64,000 bases of DNA from positions 153,570 through 217,569 of the forward strand of contig CAZVBO010000001.1 in the NCBI GenBank assembly GCA_964625685.1, written 5' to 3'. The stretch is from an uncultured Pseudomonadales bacterium. GTDB lineage: Bacteria; Patescibacteriota; Microgenomatia; UBA1400; PJMF01. The notes beneath the pieces are model-generated. The model saw only the letters and a program-made list of their open reading frames with translations. It searched no databases and was not told the origin of the DNA. Position 1 is the stretch's first letter. Each line of letters starts with the position of its first letter. This document shows, piece after piece, positions 58,167 to 64,000 of this stretch. The position numbers were made by a program, and so were the translations under genes.

Positions 58167-59906
58167 TTATTGAGTTAAATTAGCTAGTAATTCGGTAATA
58201 TCTTCCACATAAAAGGGGCGACCATCATAACGACGAATATGATGATTAAACGTAAGGCCAGTTTCTTGACGAATTAACTTTTCCGCCTGACCTGATCCAT
58301 TTCCTTCTACCATCACCAGCATTTTGGCTTGTTGAGTCAATTTGGTGAAACTTTCAACCGGAAACGGCCATAAGCACGGCAGATGAATTACATTCACACT
58401 GGGTTGTTGACTTGATCTCTCAGTAAGTAACTGAGATAAGACATTGACTGTTGATCCCCAACTGACTAAGGTAATATCCGCAGTTTCTGGGCCTAACACC
58501 ACTGGTTGAGGAAGCTCAGCTTGAATCCCGTCCAGTTTGTGGGCTCGTTTTTCCACTTGATGAATGGTCATAGCAGCATCTTCAGTGGCAAAACCAAACT
58601 GATCATGTTCATATGAGTTGGTCAACTGTAAACCATGCGCTTGTCCGGGAACAGATCTGGGTGAAATTCCATTTTTGGTGAGTTGATAGCGACGGAAAGA
58701 GTCATCTTCAGGCAGCTTGTCCACCATACTTTGGTGAGGTGAATGAGCTTCAACCTTAGGGGTGGTCATGGTTTGATGTGACTCCAAAATAAATTTGTCA
58801 CTCAAAATGAAAACTGGAATTTGATATTTCTCAGCTAAATAAAATGCCTTTTTGGCCAATTCAAAGTGCTCTTCGACTGTTCCGGGGGTTAGGACCACTC
58901 GTTGAATGTCTCCATGACCAGCTGTTAATACGAAACTGAGATCAGCTTGTTCAGTCCAAGTAGGCAGACCAGTGGCGGGGCCTTTACGTTGGGCTTCTAA
59001 AATTACCAGTGGAATCTCCGCAATACTGGCAAAGGAAACTCCTTCAACCATTAGTGCAAATCCGCCGCCGGAGCTACCAGTCATAGCCCGAACTCCAGCA
59101 AAGGAAGCACCCAACGCATTATTAATGGCTGCAATTTCATCTTCGGCGTGTTTGACCACTAAGGGGTAGTTTTTTTGTTGGTCAGCTAAAAAGTGGAGCA
59201 GGCCAGATGCGGGGGTCATGGGATAAGCTGAGTAGAACTGAACCCCTGCTTGAATTGCTCCCAAGCCAATGGCTTCATTTCCCGAAATTAAAATTTTATC
59301 ATCTGCCTGGGTGGGGATCGTCATCAACGGTTTGCCCAACTGTTGAGCTGCTTGAAACCCAGCTTCTAAAGCCTTGAGATCTGCTTCCACAATTTCATCC
59401 TTTTTATCAGCAAACTCATCTCGGACAGCTTGCCGAGCAATCTCCATATCAAAGCCTAAAAAGTAGGCGGTGACCCCTAAGACCACGATATTCATGGCTA
59501 ATAAGTTTCCGGTCACATCTTTCGAAATGGTATAAAAAGGGACCTGCAAAAACTGTCCGTGGGGAATGTCGTATTTGGTAATGTCTACCGGGATCGCGTT
59601 GGTGTTATAGATGATAATGGTTTGATCGGTGGTTTCATCCTTATGTTCTGTTAAACCTTCTGGCCCGAGTGTAATCAGGAGATCTAGATTACGTTTCTGA
59701 CAGAGAGCAGATTGGCTATTGGCAAAAACTTGTCCTGTCTGATGTCCTCCTTTGATGAGAGAGGGGTACTCTAAGTAGTCAAAGGCATTGAGACCATGAC
59801 GTTTACAGATTTTAGCGACCATTTTGGACAGGGCCATCACCCCTTCACCGGCTTTACCGGCGATTTTCCAATTTAAAGAAACGGGAGAGTTAGTAGCTTC
59901 TGTCAT
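58167..59906 (-). CDS. korA: 2-oxoacid:ferredoxin oxidoreductase alpha subunit
   Basis: GKAGEG, YPSLIKGGH, YPMTPAS, AEDEIAA, GPATGLPT. Confidence 0.92.
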   Translation of the reverse strand: MTEATNSPVSLNWKIAGKAGEGVMALSKMVAKICKRHGLNAFDYLEYPSLIKGGHQTGQVFANSQSALCQKRNLDLLITLGPEGLTEHKDETTDQTIIIYNTNAIPVDITKYDIPHGQFLQVPFYTISKDVTGNLLAMNIVVLGVTAYFLGFDMEIARQAVRDEFADKKDEIVEADLKALEAGFQAAQQLGKPLMTIPTQADDKILISGNEAIGLGAIQAGVQFYSAYPMTPASGLLHFLADQQKNYPLVVKHAEDEIAAINNALGASFAGVRAMTGSSGGGFALMVEGVSFASIAEIPLVILEAQRKGPATGLPTWTEQADLSFVLTAGHGDIQRVVLTPGTVEEHFELAKKAFYLAEKYQIPVFILSDKFILESHQTMTTPKVEAHSPHQSMVDKLPEDDSFRRYQLTKNGISPRSVPGQAHGLQLTNSYEHDQFGFATEDAAMTIHQVEKRAHKLDGIQAELPQPVVLGPETADITLVSWGSTVNVLSQLLTERSSQQPSVNVIHLPCLWPFPVESFTKLTQQAKMLVMVEGNGSGQAEKLIRQETGLTFNHHIRRYDGRPFYVEDITELLANLTQ

Positions 59907-60151
59907 GTCACAGGTACTATAGTATATTTTTGGTTGATTGCAAAGCAGAGAAGAAAGTTACTGGTGACTAGATTCATAGGTCGCAACCAACGAGGAACGC
60001 TGCGGAGTGATATCTTTTTGGTGTCGTTCGATCCCCAAAAAGATCACGTCCTTCACTTATTGCTAGGTTAACAATCTCATAACAAGAGTGTTTATCCAAG
60101 AAAATTAATTTTTTTTGAACACTTTCCATTCATTATTTGTTAGTCAGATTC

Positions 60152-60229
60152 GTCATCCTCGCGAAAGCGGGGATCTGGGAAATAAACAGTTTAGTAGTTT
60201 TTACAGATTCCTGCTTTCGCAGGAATGAC
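60152..60229. repeat. dRS3/RPE-like palindromic repeat pair
   Basis: gtcatcctcgcgaaagcggggatct ... agattcctgctttcgcaggaatgac. Confidence 0.85.
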
Positions 60230-60277
60230 ATATCAATAATCTTTGAAGTTTCTAGGCAAGACACTAAACGTTAGCCA

Positions 60278-60330
60278 TTTAGATTTTGGAATTTGGACTT
60301 TGAAATTTAGACTTTGAAATTTGGATTTTG
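60278..60330. repeat. 7-bp tandem array (7 units)
   Basis: tttagat tttggaa tttggac tttgaaa tttagac tttgaaa tttggat. Confidence 0.75.
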
Positions 60331-60347
60331 CCCACTATACTAGAGGA

Positions 60348-61280
60348 ATGTCTGTAGTTTTGTCGGTTCAGGGTTTGACCAAAATTTACCAGCCGGAAAA
60401 AAAGAGTGATCACCCATTTGTGGCGGTGGATGATGTCAGTTTTGAGTTACATAATGGTGAAATCTTAGGATTTCTAGGTCCAAATGGAGCAGGTAAATCG
60501 ACTACTATCTCGATGTTGCTTGGGGTGACCACACCTACTGCAGGTTCCATTACGTATTTTGGAAAGGACTTTAGTCAACATCGATCAGAAATTTTGCAGC
60601 AGGTGAATTTTGCCAGTACCTATATCAAAATGCCTTGGCGCTTGTCTGTCTTAGAAAATTTACGAGTCTATGCTCGGTTTTACGGGGTCACGGAATCACA
60701 GTTTTTAAGAAGATCAGAAAAGTTTTTGTCGTATTTTGGAGTATGGAATCAGCGTCACAAAACCATGAATAATTTATCGGCAGGTCAAGTAACCCGAGTA
60801 ATGTTGGCCAAAGCCTTTATTCCTCATCCGCGAGTGGTATTACTTGATGAGCCAACTGCATCACTAGATCCAGATATCGCCCATCAAGTTCGTCAATTTG
60901 TCAAAACCCAACAGCAAGAGTTTCACACTAGTATTCTTTATACTTCTCATAATATGGATGAAGTTACTGAATTATGTGAGCGGGTAATTTTCTTAAAGTC
61001 AGGGAAAATTGTAGCAGTAGATACGCCTCAAAATTTAGCAGCCTCAATTTCGACTGCTAAAATGAGACTCCAAGTTAAAGATGGGTTAAAACGAACCGCT
61101 CGGTTTGCCAAAGAACAAGGTTTAGAGGCACAAATCGTCGACCGGGAAATTGAAATTTTACTGGATGAGGATAAAATTGCTGATTTTTTGAGTCAACTGG
61201 CTGCTCACAAAATTACCTACACCCAGATTAGTATTGCGAAACCTACGTTGGAAGATTACTTCCTGAGTATGTCTTTATAA
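60348..61280 (+). CDS. ABC-2 exporter ATP-binding subunit
   Basis: GPNGAGKST, LSAGQ, LLDEPT. Confidence 0.9.
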   Translation: MSVVLSVQGLTKIYQPEKKSDHPFVAVDDVSFELHNGEILGFLGPNGAGKSTTISMLLGVTTPTAGSITYFGKDFSQHRSEILQQVNFASTYIKMPWRLSVLENLRVYARFYGVTESQFLRRSEKFLSYFGVWNQRHKTMNNLSAGQVTRVMLAKAFIPHPRVVLLDEPTASLDPDIAHQVRQFVKTQQQEFHTSILYTSHNMDEVTELCERVIFLKSGKIVAVDTPQNLAASISTAKMRLQVKDGLKRTARFAKEQGLEAQIVDREIEILLDEDKIADFLSQLAAHKITYTQISIAKPTLEDYFLSMSL

Positions 61281-61282
61281 CT

Positions 61283-62077
61283 ATGAAATCAATCGTTCAT
61301 AAAAACCACCTGCAAGCTTTTTTCTTGCGTCACTTGTATCCACTGCGACGTGACTTTGATTTGTTAAGTGACATGATTTATTGGCCCATTATTGATACTT
61401 TACTCTGGGGAATTACGGGCCAGTGGCTGGTTGATACATCGGGAAATCAGAGTCTAATTTCGGCCATTTTATTAGGACTGGTGATTTGGAACATTATTTG
61501 GCGAGCCCAATCAGAAGTGTCTCGCAATTTAATTGATGAAATTTGGAATAACAATTTAGTTAATTTATTTTCGACCCCGCTAAGTATTACTGAATGGATT
61601 ATTGGAGTGACTGCTTTGTCTATTTTGAAAACGATGGTGACTTTGGGAGTACTGGCAGTTGCTATTAGTTTGTTGTATCACATTGGAATTTTCCAGTTGA
61701 GTTGGTGGTTTTTACTCTTCTTTATTGGAGCAACTATTACGGGTTGGTGGATAGGTTTTATTTCAGCTGGAGTGGTATTGCGCTATGGACCTAAATATCA
61801 GACCGTAGTATGGACTTTCCCCGGAATTTTAGCGCCCTTTAGTGCCATTTATTTCCCAGTCGATAAATTACCAATGTGGGGACAAATGATCAGTAAAGTA
61901 GTCCCTACCAGTTATATTTTGGAAACTATGCGTTCTGTTTTGTTTCAACAATCAATTTCAAGTTCACTGTTGATAGTCAGTTTTGGTTTAAATTTCTTGT
62001 ACTTGGGTTTGGCTTTATGGTTTTTTGTAAAAAGTTTTGACTACAGTAAAAATCTCGGATTGGGGAGGTTTGATTAA
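61283..62077 (+). CDS. ABC-2 exporter permease
   Basis: 6 TMs, coupled to the ATPase. Confidence 0.85.
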   Translation: MKSIVHKNHLQAFFLRHLYPLRRDFDLLSDMIYWPIIDTLLWGITGQWLVDTSGNQSLISAILLGLVIWNIIWRAQSEVSRNLIDEIWNNNLVNLFSTPLSITEWIIGVTALSILKTMVTLGVLAVAISLLYHIGIFQLSWWFLLFFIGATITGWWIGFISAGVVLRYGPKYQTVVWTFPGILAPFSAIYFPVDKLPMWGQMISKVVPTSYILETMRSVLFQQSISSSLLIVSFGLNFLYLGLALWFFVKSFDYSKNLGLGRFD

Positions 62078-62151
62078 TTAAATCAAACTTTTTACTTGAA
62101 TAGGAACTTGAATCTTTATCCAGTATTTGTACAATAAGCGGCATACATACA

Positions 62152-62301
62152 ATATCCTTCAGGGTCGGGTGAAATTCCCAACCGGCGGTAATTCCACAGT
62201 TTTTGGAACAGCCCGCGAGCGCTCTGTAGTTACATACTTCGGAGGTCAAGCAGATCTGGTGAAATGCCAGAGCCGACGGTAAAGTCCGGATGAAAGAAGG
62301 T
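62152..62301 (+). promoter_or_regulatory. FMN riboswitch (RFN element)
   Basis: AGGGTCGGGTGAAATTCCCAACCGGCGGT...AGCCCGCGAGC...GCAGATCTGGTGAAATGCCAGAGCCGACGGTAAAGTCCGGATGAAAGAAG. Confidence 0.95.
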
Positions 62302-62390
62302 TCAATAACACTTAGTTGGTAAGTGTTATTGTTGATAGTGAATTCATAATTCACTTTTCTGAAAATTCCCCCTGAAGAAAATGGAGCAAA

Positions 62391-63281
62391 ATGAAACTCA
62401 AACGTTTGAGTGGAAGTTTAATTGTAATGGCAGCGGCCTTGTGGGCCTTTGATGGGATTTTACGGCGAAGTCTGTATCATTTACCGGCGGTAACGATTGT
62501 ATTTTATGAACATCTAGTCGGCTCAGTATTACTGACTCCAGTAGCTTACTCGCTTTTCAAAAAGGAGAAAATTACTAAAGAGATTTTACAATTGGCTATT
62601 CCGATTGCTTTGTTCGGTGGTTTACTGGGGACACTGTTTATTACGACGGCGTTGATTAAAGTCCAATATATTCCGTTTAGTGTGGTTTTTCTGATTCAAA
62701 AAACTCAGCCTATTTTTGCTATTTTAACGGCTGCTGTTTTGCTGAAGGAAAAAATTACTTCCCGTTTTATTCGTTGGGCTGCTTTAGCCTTAGTCTCTGT
62801 GTTCTTTGTGTCGTTTAAAAATGGCGTAGTCCATTTTGATATTCCTGGGACTATCACTGCGGCTTTATTCTCCTTAGGAGCATCATTTTTCTGGGGGATT
62901 TCGACTACTTTAGGCAAGATGTTGGTAGAGAAAGTCTCTGATACCATGGCCACCACACTCAGGTTCTATCTATCCACAGTCTTGGCATTTATGACAGTGT
63001 TTTTGTTGGGTTCTCAAGCCAGTTTGCTAACGGTGGGTGGGGCTGATATTACCAAGTTAATCATGATTGGTTTTTCAACGGGTTTACTGGCTATGTGGTT
63101 GTACTATAAAGGTTTGAAGAATACACCAGTGAAAGTAGCAACTATTTTGGAATTAACTTTCCCCTTGTTAGCGGTTTTTGTGGATATGTTTTTGTACAAA
63201 ACTTTCCTTGCCCCCAGTCAGTACCTTGCGGCTGCTGTTTTAATGTTTGCGATGTATCAGGTGGGGAAGCAGAATAACTAA
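62391..63281 (+). CDS. EamA/DMT transporter, putative riboflavin/FMN uptake (RibN-like role)
   Basis: 10 TMs with two EamA repeats; lies under the FMN riboswitch. Confidence 0.8.
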   Translation: MKLKRLSGSLIVMAAALWAFDGILRRSLYHLPAVTIVFYEHLVGSVLLTPVAYSLFKKEKITKEILQLAIPIALFGGLLGTLFITTALIKVQYIPFSVVFLIQKTQPIFAILTAAVLLKEKITSRFIRWAALALVSVFFVSFKNGVVHFDIPGTITAALFSLGASFFWGISTTLGKMLVEKVSDTMATTLRFYLSTVLAFMTVFLLGSQASLLTVGGADITKLIMIGFSTGLLAMWLYYKGLKNTPVKVATILELTFPLLAVFVDMFLYKTFLAPSQYLAAAVLMFAMYQVGKQNN

Positions 63282-63286
63282 TGGTT

Positions 63287-63316
63287 TCCCTCAGAGAGGG
63301 ATCAGCCTCTGGCTGA
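63287..63316. repeat. 30-bp twin-hairpin element, copy 3
   Basis: TCCCTC-AGA-GAGGGA TCAGCC-TCT-GGCTGA. Confidence 0.85.
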
Positions 63317-63351
63317 AATGTTTAGTGTTTATTGGTTAATTGTGTTGCATT

Positions 63352-63440
63352 GTCATTCCGGCGACGGCCGGAATCCATAATGTTGGGATTAGTCAAAGTT
63401 TTTTCCCGTAGTATGGTCTCCCGTCTGCCAGGGGGTGGCA
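63352..63440. repeat. dRS3/RPE-like repeat pair (degenerate right arm)
   Basis: gtcattccggcgacggccggaatccata ... tatggtctcccgtctgccagggggtggca. Confidence 0.7.
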
Positions 63441-63598
63441 TTCAGTGATATTTCTTACAATTACGTTTTTCATTGAAATCCCTCTCCCCATCATTATAAA
63501 TACCTCTGTCTTGCTTGCTCAGATAGGTTTGTGTAGGGTGATCAAAAAAGAACTTTTCTGTTGTGAGGACAAGAGAGACAGTGTAAACTTTGGTATAT

Positions 63599-64000
63599 AT
63601 GACGAAACACTGGCTGGAAAAAATATTAGGTATTTTTCTGATTGGTTTTTTACTTTTTTCAAGATTCTTTTTTCTCAATCGGATTCCAGCAACTTTAACT
63701 CATGATGAAATGGTTTATGCCATTCAAGCTCGATCGTTTGCCCTGCAAGGAACAACTTTAGATCAACGCCAACATTTTTGGGATCTCAAACCAGTTCATA
63801 TTATGTATGCGGAATGGCCAGCTCAAGTTATGACTGTAGGGATGTTAGTGAGTCATCACCCCTTACTTTCAGCACATTTAGTGTCGGTTGTGATGGGAGT
63901 CACCTTACCAATTTTATTAGGTTGGTTAACTTGGAATATTTGGCGACGTAAAGATGCGTCACTAGCGGTATTTGCGGTGATGGTTTTTAGTCCACTTTTC
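63599..64000 (+). CDS. ArnT/PMT-like membrane glycosyltransferase, N-terminal part (runs off window end)
   Basis: Manual translation MTKHWLEKILGIFLIGFLLFSRFFFLNRIPATLTHDEMVYAIQARS; no stop seen before the window end. Confidence 0.65.
   Translation, partial: MTKHWLEKILGIFLIGFLLFSRFFFLNRIPATLTHDEMVYAIQARSFALQGTTLDQRQHFWDLKPVHIMYAEWPAQVMTVGMLVSHHPLLSAHLVSVVMGVTLPILLGWLTWNIWRRKDASLAVFAVMVFSPLF

Noticed and set aside
59980-60065. Hairpin atctttttgg/ccaaaaagat upstream of korA
   Set aside because: Single copy in the window; cannot distinguish a repeat element from a regulatory or chance hairpin.
60278-60330. CRISPR array from the short repeats or dispersed palindromes
   Set aside because: No constant 25-40 bp repeats with unique spacers, and no cas genes.
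61977-62354. 125-aa minus-strand ORF
   Set aside because: Antisense to the FMN riboswitch; not protein-like.
3108-62956. Many 60-140 aa ORFs antisense to or nested in well-supported genes
   Set aside because: Shadow ORFs with no independent coding signals.
63442-63705. ORFs 63442-63678(-) and 63445-63705(+)
   Set aside because: The real gene appears to start at 63599 in another frame.

Overview
AT-rich bacterial DNA, standard code 11 (TAA/TAG/TGA all used as stops). Gene content and style suggest a Patescibacteria/CPR genome, probably Microgenomates (inference). 1-26 kb is mostly housekeeping: partial trehalose synthase-like GT4, HigBA-like TA pair, suf operon, ferredoxin and its reductase, rpiB-rpe, a Lon-like ATPase without a protease domain, rnj, ftsK, tmRNA, comF and dus. 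26-64 kb is rich in surface-glycan genes and also holds tRNAs, korAB, an ABC exporter and an FMN riboswitch upstream of a DMT transporter. Three signals stand out. (1) A class-I hyaluronan-synthase-like GT2, interrupted by one in-frame TAG, is transcribed divergently from a membrane-anchored protein with a streptococcal-phage HylP-like hyaluronate lyase domain. (2) 'Russian-doll' tRNA loci: an intact, divergent tRNA-Arg(GCG) sits inside the anticodon of another tRNA-Arg(GCG), with related arrangements at tRNA-Val(CAC) and tRNA-Ser(CGA). (3) Tiny 18-33 bp palindromic inserts land in tRNA loops, in loops of other repeats, and in frame within proteins. Several homopolymer frameshifts may be sequencing errors. 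All family assignments come from motif recognition by eye; no searches were run.
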